DNA of 64,000 nucleotides from Pavona decussata (Eukaryota), in NCBI GenBank assembly GCA_977016875.1, contig CDRNST010000008.1:1550001-1614000 (forward strand), written 5' to 3'. Below are positions 13,307 to 25,248 of this stretch, one piece after another; the stretch's first letter is position 1; the number at the start of each line of letters is the position of its first letter. The position numbers and the translations under genes are program-made. The notes beneath the pieces were generated by a model. It made no database searches. It was not told where the DNA came from and worked only from the letters and a program-made list of their open reading frames with translations.

Positions 13307-14624
13307 GTTAGCACATTACATGGTTTCTGCAATCAAGATTGAAATAACAGTTAAACAATGTTGTTCTAAGTTACATGTAACAAAACGAAATGTACAGAGT
13401 TCAAAAGTGAAAAGAGTCTGTTTTTCAGAGGTGTAGTTGACAGACATGTGGACCACAAGTAAGTGCTTTTGCCAACTTTTGTGGGGTAATCTCTGAGACC
13501 TTTACAATGAACCATGCATTTTGAATGATTTATTAATATATTATTTTTATGCAGTTTATAGCCAAGAGGCTATCAAAATGCAATTGTAATTATTATAATG
13601 TGTTAAATTTCTAATAAATCAATTGTACTTGTAGGTTGAAGATTTTGATTGGCTTTGATAGGCAGCACTGACAATTTTTATCAGACACAAAATAAGAACT
13701 GCATGCAGCAGTGCATAATAGCACTTGGGTACTCAAGATATTTGTCTGGCTACACTTTACATGGCATGTAACTTTTATTTTCAGCAAAGTAAATTCAACA
13801 GGTACATGTACCACCTCACGAAAGGTAAGTATGATTGTCATCAGAGATAAACAACTATACCCCAAAATAGTCATAACACATTGTAACCATCACCATTATC
13901 ATCATAACAATAATGAACAATAAATTTCAAGAACACATCCTGTTGATAGTCTGGGCACCCTTATTGAATCACTCATTAGGCTTTCACTAAGTACTTACTC
14001 TGGGTATGTCTTTTTCTGAAAAGGCTTGCCAATAACAAATATTAATTTGTTGCCATGAAGCAAGCACATCATCTATTCCCTTCATGGATTTGGATTAATC
14101 TCTGACTTTATGTAGGAGCCATGGATGGTATTGAATGAAGTGTTCCCGGTACATGACTTAGAGCAGTGCAAACACGCCTGGGAGCCCTCTGGAGGGGATA
14201 TGAGCAGGACAGTGGCAAAGTTGGGTGGCTGGGTTGATGAAGGTATTAATAGCAATAAGCCCCCAGATTTCTTTCGAATTACGTGTAGATCTGCTAATAA
14301 TTAACAAATTCTCAGAAAGTAAATTGATGAACATTGGGTAGATTCATCTGAATCAGTGTCTACCACATTCACAACTGAAACAGTTGTATACCTTGATAGT
14401 TTCAACCTTGAAACTCCAAACTTTGTGCGTTTTGATATGACTTAACTTAAGAGGCTTTAGCTAGTTAATTACCAATGGGAATGAAACTCAGTATTGTGGT
14501 TGACTTGTAACACACTATAGGTTTTTTTACCTACTAGATAGGGACCAGACAGTGACGTGGTCAGCTAGAAATAGTGTTTTTTGCCAAACTCTTTAGGGGA
14601 AAAAGAAATAAGGGGAAAGCTTTA

Positions 14625-14902
14625 AGCTGCCATTACACGTTGAAACTTTTAGCTGAAACTTGTGTGCAACCCCGCTTGGAAACAAGTTTCACGAAGTAGT
14701 GTTACACGGTGAAACTCTTGTTTTTTCACCACTACGACTGTTGCGAGCCTTTGCGGAAGGAGAAAGCGGTTCTACTTTTCATGAAACTTGTCTCGCCAAA
14801 AAAAACCAAACTATGTTACACGGTGCAACACCTGCTGAAACTTTATTTGCAGCACTGTTGCACACAATTTTCAGCTAACCGTTTCAACGTGTAACAGCGG
14901 CT
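14625..14902. mobile_element. Palindromic MITE (Harbinger/Tourist type)
   Basis: About 45-bp imperfect TIRs (AGCTGCCATTACACGTTGAAAC.. / ..GTTTCAACGTGTAACAGCGGCT) and TSD TTA. Confidence 0.8.
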
Positions 14903-17900
14903 TTAGGAGTATTTCTCATATTTCCTCCTCTTTTCACTTTCAGATAGCCCAGAAGGTAACAAAGAGCTTCCAATCATTACAGAGATTTTGGAGGAGAAGC
15001 AAAATGGTGATTATCAAATGTTTACTTTGATTTTTTTCCCAGTATCTGACTCTAGAAATACATGTAGCAATGCCCTTTTCCAGTAGGGTCAAAAGAGATT
15101 CTGAGGAGAGGGATAACCAGGCATTTTTAATGGAAAAAGTTTTTTTTTTTTTGGGGGGGGGGGGGAGGGGATTGGTACCAAAAGAAACTCCATGGGTAAA
15201 TCATTTCTGCAACAACTCAATGGTTTAAAAACCGTGAGTCGAACCAAGAGCTGCCCTTAGCAGAATTTATGAGAAACTGTGAACAGGGCAGCCAATAGTT
15301 AAAACATAATTTTTATTGCTTGTTGAACAGGATGTGAACAGGAAACCATATGCAGCAAAGATATGAGTGCAGCTGAGATCTTCAATTCTTATCGTAATAA
15401 AGTGGTTGCCCACCAATGTGGCACTCAGTTTATTTCAGTAAACAGGATGCAAATATCACTGCTTATGCAACTGATGCGCATTTATGAAGATCCAAGACTA
15501 GATCTGACTAAACCACTTAATGTGAACTTTGTTGGTGAACATGGAGCTGATGTTGGTGGACCAACAAAAGAGTATTTCCATGAGGCCATATCAATCCTAA
15601 GTAAGGTGGACACTCTTTACAATAGTCAGCTGTTTGGTGGGCAAGAAGGCCATTTACTTCCCCTGTATGGGGTTGATGCCATCTCTTCAGGTTGCTTCGA
15701 AATGGCTGACAAGCTTATTGCTTATAGTGTACTTCATGGAGGGCCTGGGATGGCAGGGTTGAGCCCAGTTGTGATAAAATACTTAGTCACAGGATCAATC
15801 GACGAGGCTAAGGAGCTTGTCTCAATAGATGACCTGTATGACCCAGAGCTGCAAGAAATTCTACAATCAGAGGTATGAAATCAGTTGTGTATAGAGTATT
15901 ACTGCAAGTAGCGTGCAGTTTAATAGGTACGTGTAGTATGCTGTATATTTTGGTATTTAAATGTTTGTTTTCTAATCATTACTTAACTCTATTCTTTTAC
16001 ATGCTCATGAAAATTTACTTTTGATTCCCGGGGAAAGCTAGTCGGTGTACAAAAGCAAAAACTTGCTAAATAAAAGAGTTGGATCTTTTCTGGTATGACA
16101 CACATCTCACACTTTTGCCTTATGTTTCCACTTATAACACAGTTCAAAGATGAAACAAAAATAGAGGACATTGACAGCAATCTCAAAGGAAAACTGGAGG
16201 ATATGTTAGTAAAACATGGCTTGACAGATGTTGTACCTCTCACGGATGTAAACCAAGACAAAACCATTAAAGATCTACTAATAGCTGAAGTATTAATAAC
16301 AAGGACTCTCGCTTTGGATTCCTTTTTTAAAGGGCTGAATGTGCATGGCTTAGGGGATTTGCTCTGCAAACGCCCAGGAGTGGTAAGTTATGTGTTACCC
16401 ACTAAGGAGGAAGCAGCAGTAGATGTGGAATTGTTCAAGGGAAAATTGCTCTCCTGTGATAAAGGCCTAAACGATGAAGAAGCGCAAACGATGACATGGC
16501 TCCTACAGTTTGTCGAAGAGGCTTCTCAAATGAAAGGTGAATGTGGAATTTCGCTGCCATTGAAATTATATATTACACTTAAATTTAGGTAGAAGAAATG
16601 CTCACCAATGCAACACAATTAACGCCAGAGAAAAGTTAGTTTGTCCAATTGTCTGTACATTAAAAATAAAAAATAAAAATAATTAAAAATATACTGACAA
16701 TCGAAAAAAGGGCATTCCAAACTGCAATCCACTTTTCTTTCCAATTGGAAACATACCACTTGGTAGCCAAGTTTGATTGTATGGTTCCAGATCTTTATTG
16801 ATCTGAATAAAACTGGTTGCCTTGCCTTGCCTGTTTCTACCTTATAATATCCCTTACTTCACAGAATGATTTTCACTTCACTCGTACTCTTTTTGTTTTT
16901 GTTTTTTTTGTCCCTTTTAGAACAGTCAGAGGACAAGGGACATGGCCACAATCTACTAAGTTCGTTATTGTTGTTTATAACTGGTACAACAATAATGGAC
17001 TCGGATCTAAAGGTGGATGTTGTTTTCCAGAGCAATCCAACAAAACCACTCCTGGAGGCAGATAGCTGCTTCAGCAGGCTAACAGTGCCCACATGTCACA
17101 GCAGCTATGAAGAGTTTAAAAATGCCTGCACTCTTTCAATTAAAAATGGAGCCCTCGGATATGGCCGATTTTAGATTGTAGCGATGATTCCCATGCTGTC
17201 ATAACATTTAACCTATTTGACAATACTTTTACATCAAATTCACAGGACTTGAAGTTAAGTTGCGTTTGTCATAAACTGTTCAAAAGTTGCTGTTGTTTTT
17301 ATAAGAGGTACCATGTTACACCAGTGATTAGGGAATGTGTTATGCCGGTTTTGTCTTTACAGTTGTTGTTTTGGAAGCATTGTATCACTGTAAGAAGAAA
17401 TTCATTATATATATTTTTAATAAGCCAATATGAAAAGAGAAGTTCATTGCTGTTGTTTCAAGTGCTACATTGCCATAAAGCTGCTGTTTGTCCATGACTA
17501 TACTACTTTACAATTACATTATAATCTTGATATTTCTATGAGGTGACACTTCATTTCAATTCTCAAAAACAGGATGAAATAGCAGCTCATGTGTTATGAA
17601 GGCAAAGTCATATCCCTTTGAACACAAGCGTTATTCACTGAATTTCTTTATCAGTATGAAAAGTTCTTTTTCCTGCTGCGCTAAAAACTAGGGAGAACAC
17701 TGTGTCTATGAATTTTATTGAGGTAGGGCCATATAACAAATTGACACTAGCTTGTACAGGTCTCTCCCGAAATCAACCATGAAATATGTCCTCACATTGT
17801 CAAAGTTAGTGTGGATCCTTATGGCACGGATGCAATAGCTGATCCACACACAACTTTCACTATGTGACGACTTATTTTATGGTCAATTTCAGTAGACCTT

Positions 17901-18057
17901 TACAAACTGGTGTCCATTTTTTTTTTACCATAATAACAGCAAGAATGATGTGTTAGCATCACGCAATGACATATTTTGTGTTTCCATACATTAATTGACC
18001 AATAATGTTAAGCACACAAGAATTTCTGAAGTTATGGTATTAACAATAAAATACTCA

Positions 18058-20023
18058 TCATTGAGAGAAGATTCTTTCTCTCACAAATTGCCGAGAATTT
18101 AAATACACATTAATCCCATAGCCATCATCATCCTGCAGTGGGCTTACCACTGTCTTTAAATCTTGGAAATCAATCTCTGATAGCGGAGTTGGAACATCTG
18201 GGATGATCACAGCCCCTTCATCTTGAAAACAACCTGGTAGGGGGCCATCACAGTCTATGCCATAGTCATCCCAGTTCTGCAGAGGCAATTGGGCATATGA
18301 AGAGTTTGGTAAAGATCTTTCCTCTTCAATTGACCCCATAATCCAAAGCTGATTAGGTGTTTTGTTTCTCACTGTTCTGATGGGGTGGTCATTCCAGGAA
18401 CTAGCAAAGATATGAAGGTGTTGATTTATTCTTGGTAAAAATACATAATGTAAAGAGAACAAGTCAACGTTATCTGACACATCCACGTCCCCAGACTCCT
18501 CAAGAAAATAAAATACACAGTAGTAAATGTAGATACAGCTAGCAAACAAGTCTTTCCATAACCGCTCTATGCGTTGATTATGTACACTTGGCCCTGTTAT
18601 TATGCTGCCCCTCCCTGGTCCTCTTGCTGGATGGGTTAACAGGTACCATGCAACGTCAACATTCTTTACTCCATGATCGGATCTTACTCGTGATGGCAGA
18701 CCATATTGTGAAACTGCCTCCAGGAACAAGTTAAGAACTGTGTCAGCTTTGTTGTTTCCACTGCATGCAAGGTACATGATCCTCCTTGAGAAACCGACAA
18801 TACACCCATGTATGACAAATTTCCACCTAAAAAGGAAAGACAAATTCAAAATGATAAACATGAAAAAGTGGGAAAATGTTGGCTTGCGTACAAACTAACA
18901 AGAAAATAAAATATATCTTGTATAGGACATCAAATTAGCCACGACAGACTTTACCTTATCAGCTTATGGTGGCCATCTATGTGCCAAAGGGCTAAAGGCC
19001 CCCTCACATTGTATGACCTTCTGTGTGTGACAGGGATTTAAAGAGCCCTGACAGTTGTTCCTGCAATATTAAACGCCATGATGAATTTGGTGTCACATGT
19101 TTTGTTTCCCAAATATTTAGACCATAATTATGATGTTGTCAAGAGAATTTGCTGTGTGCCTTGTACATGTCATGTATGTGTGTGCATGTGAATGTAAAAA
19201 CTAAAAGAAAGTCATAAGAAATTGTACAGTTATATATGGTTGAAATTAAACAAAAAAGGAATTAAGACATCTACTCAAAAAGGGCTATCAATCAGAAATG
19301 GAGGAGCCCAATACATGTATCTACTTTGGCGGGGGGGGGGGGGGGGTACTGCATTTTTGAAAGTGGCCTACAAGAGACTCAATGAAAGAGCCTCGATCCA
19401 CTTGCATGTAGTGTGCAACAAAAGCATTACCTTCAGGGTCAACTCTCCTCATTGCCTCCCTGATACTTTCCTCTTGAACTTTATGACCCTTGCACAGAAG
19501 ATGGCCCCGCATTGATTTGCAGCCACAGTTTGGGAAATTGTGGAGTATATCCAGAATGATAATGTCTAACTCCGCTTCACTTATATCTGAGAAGCTCTTC
19601 AAATTCTTGTAGTCTTCTGTAAACTGTTTTATTGCTGACACTGAGCGTCCTCGCTATGTCACTGCCCTTAAAACCTTTCTCTAGGAACTACTCAAGCTGA
19701 TTTCGACTGATATATATCTTTAGCCTCCCTTTGTTGCCAGTTACTATCATCGGTCTGTTGTTGTGGACGTGTGCTGATTCCTCATTGCGTCTAATCATAA
19801 GTGAAATGAGATTATGGGCTTCACGTAACTTTGGAAGGAGAGCTGCTTCGAACGTTCCCCCAAGCCTCGAAACCGGCGAGCATAACCACTCCACCTTATA
19901 CAAGCCATAATCAAGATCTGCATTGCAAGCCAGTTGATTCATAACATCAAGGAGTACCGTTTTTATGTTGCTTTCTATAAGTTCTTGTGCTGTTCGATGT
20001 TGACCCTGCAGGTGAGCCGCCAT
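18058..20023 (-). pseudogene. IS3EU-type integrase-core DDE transposase with two introns
   Basis: PNCG..MRGHL..RRVDPEG|TTVRAL..YNVRGPLALWHIDGHHKLIR|[32 protein letters not shown]. Frameshifts in the 5' part. Confidence 0.85.
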
Positions 20024-20135
20024 ATTTGCTGTTACGCATCTGGAAAAGCACTCTGGGAAACAAACTTTTTTCAATAAACTGCTGGCCCAATGGAATGACG
20101 TTTCTGATCCAATGACATGAGGTTTGATCCGGTGG

Positions 20136-23100
20136 TGTAGTGTTCAAGCATGATTATGCGCCATTTGTCCAATCAGGATAAAGCTGTTATGATTGTAATA
20201 TATTCATAAGCGAGGTGCGAGTTAACGGTCGAGTTGTTGTCATGTAATGTTCTGTGTGTGCGGGTGAATTAGAAATACTGATCTTAGATGCTGGCGGTCC
20301 ATTTTCATTTGAGAACTTGTACCAGCGTTCTACATTGGCGACAAGGGTTTTAATTCAAGGATTAATTCGAGAATCGACAGGTCATTAATTTAACGGTTAA
20401 GCAGTTAAAGATGCCGGGTGGTGAATCGGAATCAAGTAGCAGAACAGAGTCGAGTGGTTTGCTGATGGTTTCGTTAGATGTTGGTTCGTTAGCGGCGTTC
20501 GATACGAAAGGTGATCCGCATGGTTTGAGTCAACGGTGGAGGAAGTGGAAGCGTTCGTTCAAGTTGTATCTTCCCGGAAAGGGAGTTACGGACGACGCAC
20601 AAAAACGAGCTCTATTGTTGCATGCGGCGGGTGTTGACGTCCAAGAAATATATTTTACACTGGTCAGCGAGGACGAGATTACTACTTTGGAGGCCACGAT
20701 GAAAGTACTGGATGATTATTTTATCCCGAAGGCAAACGTTCCTTTTGAGAGACATTTGTTCAGACAGATTGCACAGGAAATGGGCGAAACAGTTGATCAG
20801 TTCGTTTGCCGACTTGCCAACGCGCGGCTAGCTGTGATTTCGGGGATAACGAGGACGACTATATTCGCGATCAAGTCATCGACAAGTGTCATTCGAGTGT
20901 TATCCCTCGCAAGTTTTTGGAAAAGGAGGAAGCAGTGAGTTTAGACGATTTGTTAAGGATTGCGAGGTCACAAGAGGCGGTCGATCGCCAGATGAAGGTG
21001 ATGGGAACAAACGAGAGCGCCAATCAAGTGAATGCAGTCGGTGGAAAGTCGAATATGAATAAACATTCTGCTAGAGTCAAGATATGTTTTGGTTGTGGTC
21101 AAGATGGTCATTTTCGTGGAGACAAGAAGTGTCCCGCGTGATCAAGCTTGTCGAAGGTGTGCTGGTATTGGGCATTTCATGGTTAGATGTCCACAGCTTC
21201 AAGGTCGCACTAGGGGTGAGTTTAGAGGTTCTACAAGTGGAGGCTGAGGTGTTACCGGTCAGGGCAGAGGTGTGGCTAGGAGGTCAAACCCGTGGAGGTA
21301 GACGTAGTGCTGGTGGAGGAAGATTTAGACCTGGTAGAACAAGAGAAACAAACCAAGTGGTTGGCGGAGATGATGGTGAACAATATACCGGACCAGTTCA
21401 GCAGAGTCCTGGGTATGCATTCTTGGTAGACCATCGATCAAGTGAAACAAGATAGTGGTTTGGTAACTCTGATCATCGGAGGAGTGGATTTAGCGGATGT
21501 CCTTAATCGATTCAGGAGCTACTTGCAATGTGGTGAGTCAGCAAACCTGGGACTATTTGAAGCAGAGAGGAATCAGGTGTGAGTCTCGCAAGTCAGCTAA
21601 GGCACTTTTCGCTTATGGTGGCACAGAACCATTACCAACTCTAGGCACTTTCACTGCAGATGTTATGCTCTCGGGCAGCAGTAATGGGTGTACGGCTGAC
21701 TTCGTGGTTGTCAAGAGCAACGGGGGAACGCTGCTAGGTCGTGGAACCGCAGAGAAGCTTGGTGTCTTACACATCAGTCCTTTCGAGGCAAATAATTTGA
21801 GCGGGCGAGCGGAGTGTGATATCCGTGAGAGATACAGCAGTTTGTTTCCGGGCGTTGGTCTCTTAAAGGGGTATGAGCTGAAACTGCACATTGACGACAC
21901 TGTGAAGCCTGTAGCACAGCATGTGCGTAGAATTCCGTTCGGGTTGCGGTAAAAGGTCGATAAGAAGCTTGACAAACTAGTGGAGCTGGACATAATAGAA
22001 GAAGTACCAGAGGGGCCGTCGGGATGGGTTGTGCCTAAAGGAGACGGAGACGTGAGGGTCTGCGTGGACATGTGCCGTGCAAATGGGGCGATTGTTCGAG
22101 AACGCCATCCGATCCCAACAGTGGAGGAGCTTGTACATGATTTAAATGGAAGTACCGTCTTCAGCAAAATTGATCTCAAGTGGGGTTTTCATCAGATTCC
22201 GCTCAGTGAAGAGAGTCGACACATCACAACGTTTGTCACGCATCGCGGGCTTTACCGATACAAGCAGTTAATGTTTGGTGTGACATCAGCACCGAAGAAA
22301 TACCAACAAATTATCTGTGATGTTTTGAAGGGTTGTGCGGGAGTTGCGAACATTGCTGATGATCTCATTGTTCATGACAAGGACATAGAGGAGCATGATG
22401 TACGTTTGTTTGCAGTGCTTGGCAGGCTGAGTGAAGTGGGGCTGACTGTGAATGGAGACAAGTGCCAGTTTAGACTGACAAAGCTCACGTTCTTCGGTCA
22501 TGAACTGACAAGTAACGGAGTTAATCCAAGTGCAGAGAAAGTGGCTGCTATTAGAGACGCAAGACCTCCCAAGGTTCGATCTTTCATGGGTTTGGTCCAG
22601 TATTCAGCGAAGTTCATGCCAGACCTAGCATCCATAGCCAAGCCCATTCAGGAGTTGACCAGGAAGGGCATTACGTTCAAGTGGGGTGCGGAACAGCAGA
22701 GATCATTTCAAGAGTTGAAGAAGCTGATTACACAAGCCGAGACACTGGCTTATTATTTAGGTGGGCTGCAGGACAAGAATTGTTGCTGATGCGTCCCCAG
22801 TGGGGTTAGGGGCAGTTCTGACGCAACAGCAGGGAGGCGTACGGAGAGTCATTTCCCATGCATCCAGAAGCTTGTCTTACATGGAATGTCGTTACAGTCA
22901 GACTGAAAAGGAAGCACTCGCATTGGTCTGGGCGTGCGAACGATTCAGCATGTACGTTACTGGTGAAACTTTTTAACTAGAAACAGATCACAAACCCTTA
23001 GAGCGCATATTTTCGCGCACGTCAAAGCCTTGTGCGCAAATTGAGAGATGGGTGTTGCGCTTACAAGGATTCAACTTTACAGTGGTGTACCGACCAGGAA

Positions 23101-24981
23101 AGACGAACATTGCTGATGCCTTATCCAGGTTAAAATCTGTGGAATCATCTGACGGTGGCGAAAAGTACGACTTCGCCAAAACCATCGTAGAGAACAGTGT
23201 GCCTGTTGCTTTGTCACCGAGAGAAATTGAGGAGGCGTCTTACAATGATGAGGAACTATGTCAAGTGAAGAACTGTGTACGTTCTGCTAACTGGGAACGT
23301 TGTACACTCTCCTCGTACGTTCCTATCAAGGACGAATTGTGTATTTATGGTGAAATTTTGCTTTGTGGTACTATGATTGTAGTTCCCAGGGTCCCACGGG
23401 ACAAGGTCATGAGATTGGCGCACGAAGGCCATCAGGGGATAGTTAAGACGAAATATCGACTTCGCAATAAAGTTTGGTGGCCGGGAATGGACAAGGATGC
23501 ACAAAAGGTGTGCAAGGTGTGCCATGGCTGTCAGGTTACTTCAGGTTACCACCCACCTGAGCCGATATCTCGTGTGTTGCCTCCTACCACCCCGTGGCAA
23601 GATTGCAGTGCAGACCTGCTAGGTCCCCTGCCCTCGGGAGAAAGTATTTTGGTGGTGGTTGATTATTTCAGCAGATTTCTGGAAGTGGCTAGCTTGAAGT
23701 CTACCACGAGTGCAAAGATTATTGAAGCGATCTCCCCAATGTTTGCGACATTTGGTGTTTCGTTTTCCCTGAGGACAGATAATGGTCCACAATTTGTGTC
23801 TGAGGAGTTCGAGACGTTTCTACGTAGTCATGGTGTTGAACATCGAAGGACTACTTTATTATGGCTGCAGGCCAATGGCGAGGTCAAGCGTCAGAATCGT
23901 TCTTTGCTCAAGTGTCTGTGGATCGCACATTTGGAGAAGAAGAACCTGCGCACTGAATTGGTTACATGGTTGATAGCGTACAGGTCTACCCAGCAGGTCA
24001 CAACCAGCGCCACACCCTTCTCTTTGATGTTTGGAAGAGAGGTGCGGTCCAAACTACCGGAACTGAGAAGAGAGATGGTGGATGTTTCACGGGAAGAAAC
24101 ACGTGACAAAGACTGGTCGAACAAGTTGATAGGGAAGACATATGCGGACGACAAGAGAGGTGCCATCCCTAAGTCAATCAGAGTCAGCGATGCAGTGCTT
24201 CTAAAAGCAGAAAAATCGAACAAGTTGTCAAGCAATTTTCATCCAAGCCCATTTAAGGTCGTTCAGAAGACCGGAAGTGAGGTTACTGTCAGGGATGACG
24301 TGGGAGTGGAGTTCAAGCGCAACACAGCGTTTGTCAAGAAATACAATGTACCGGAGGGTGCGTCCCCGTCTGTAACCAGTGATGGCGGTTGTTCAGCTGA
24401 TCGTTAAGGAGATGGACAGGAGCCAGGGCCAGCAGAAACAGCTGATCGTGAAGGAGACAGACAGGATCCAGAGCCAGCAGAAATGAAGGACAAAATGGAC
24501 ATAAACTGCAAGAACCTGAAGTCCACCCGAATGTTGTTTGTAGGTCTACTCGCCAAGTCCAGACCTTCGCGGTTCCATGACTTTGTTTTATCGTTAAGGA
24601 ATTAGTTTGCGGTGCAAGGACAATGCTATGCCATTAAGTGTTTATTCCGCTTATATCGTGACTACTAAGCTAGATTTTGTTTTGTTTTGTTTGCTTGTAA
24701 CGAATCTAGTTATAAGGCTTTCGTTTTTTTTGTTTAGCCCTGATACGTAGTGTTGATTAGGTTTCATTTAAGAAAAGGAGGGATGTAGTGTTCAACATGA
24801 TTATGCACCATTTGTCCAATCAGGATAAAGCTGTTATGATTGCAATATATTCATAAGCGAGGTGCGAGTTAACGGTTGAGTTGTTGTCATGTAATGTTCT
24901 GTGTGTGTGGGTGAGTTAAAAATACTGATCTTAGATGCTGGCCGTCCGTTTTCATTTGAGAACTTGTACCAGCGTTCTACA
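20136..24981 (+). mobile_element. Gypsy-C: full-length Ty3/Gypsy inserted in the IS3EU subterminal repeats
   Basis: LTRs 20136-20334 and 24784-24981, TSD GGTGG, PBS TGGCGAC, PPT AGAAAAGGAGGGA. Decayed gag-pol from 20411 (LIDSGA, IADD, ADAS, RTDNG). Confidence 0.97.
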
Positions 24982-24986
24982 GGTGG

Positions 24987-25222
24987 CACGATGTATATAG
25001 TTCGAGTGAATGGTCTACGATCCAATAAAGGGAATGTGGTTTTCTAGCAGAATGATGCGTGGCAATGACATGAAGCCCCATCCAATGACATAAAAAAATT
25101 AATATAAGATACGATAGAATGACGTATGATCCAATGACATGAAGCATATTGTCGGATAGAATGATGTATGATTCAGTGGCATGGCGTTAATGGTCCAATG
25201 GCATGAACCTCGATTCAGTTAC
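24987..25222. repeat. IS3EU subterminal degenerate tandem repeats (GATCCAATGACATGA-like), continuing at 20085-20130
   Basis: Multiple (G)ATCCAATG(A/G)CATGA variants on both sides of Gypsy-C, next to the CCATA terminus. Confidence 0.75.
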
Positions 25223-25248
25223 ATTTTTGTCCCAATTCCCCCTCCATA

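Larger units (their letters stand above)
7851..17174 (+). pseudogene. G2E3-like HECT E3 ubiquitin ligase gene carried by the IS3EU-like element
   Basis: Exons at about 7851-8277 (ETWTHDFCVLA..AGLG..YIRPLQ), 8458-8558 (CVNC..RDHRQQC zinc finger), 14944-15007, 15331-15872 (VNFVGEHGADVGGPTKEYF), 16143-16537 and 16921-17174 (LLFITG..EADSCFSRLTVP..GYGRF*). Exon 1 is damaged. Confidence 0.8.
7822..25248. mobile_element. IS3EU-like DNA transposon (left end deleted): integrase-like transposase plus convergent HECT gene
   Basis: Right terminus ..CCCCCTCCATA (TATGG on the minus strand, matching the TAY..RTA rule) abuts Copia gag at GTCAAG. Subterminal repeats and two convergent spliced genes are present. 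Confidence 0.75.

Noticed and set aside
15331-17174. Host G2E3 gene
   Set aside because: No PHD/RING N-terminus is seen and the gene lies inside nested transposons, so no gene symbol was assigned.
18058-20023. Bacterial IS3/IS481 contamination or recent horizontal transfer
   Set aside because: The gene has GT-AG introns and is nested among eukaryotic elements.
21613-22179. 188-aa antisense ORF and the many similar 60-120 aa ORFs
   Set aside because: Shadow frames of pol or transposase genes with no motifs.
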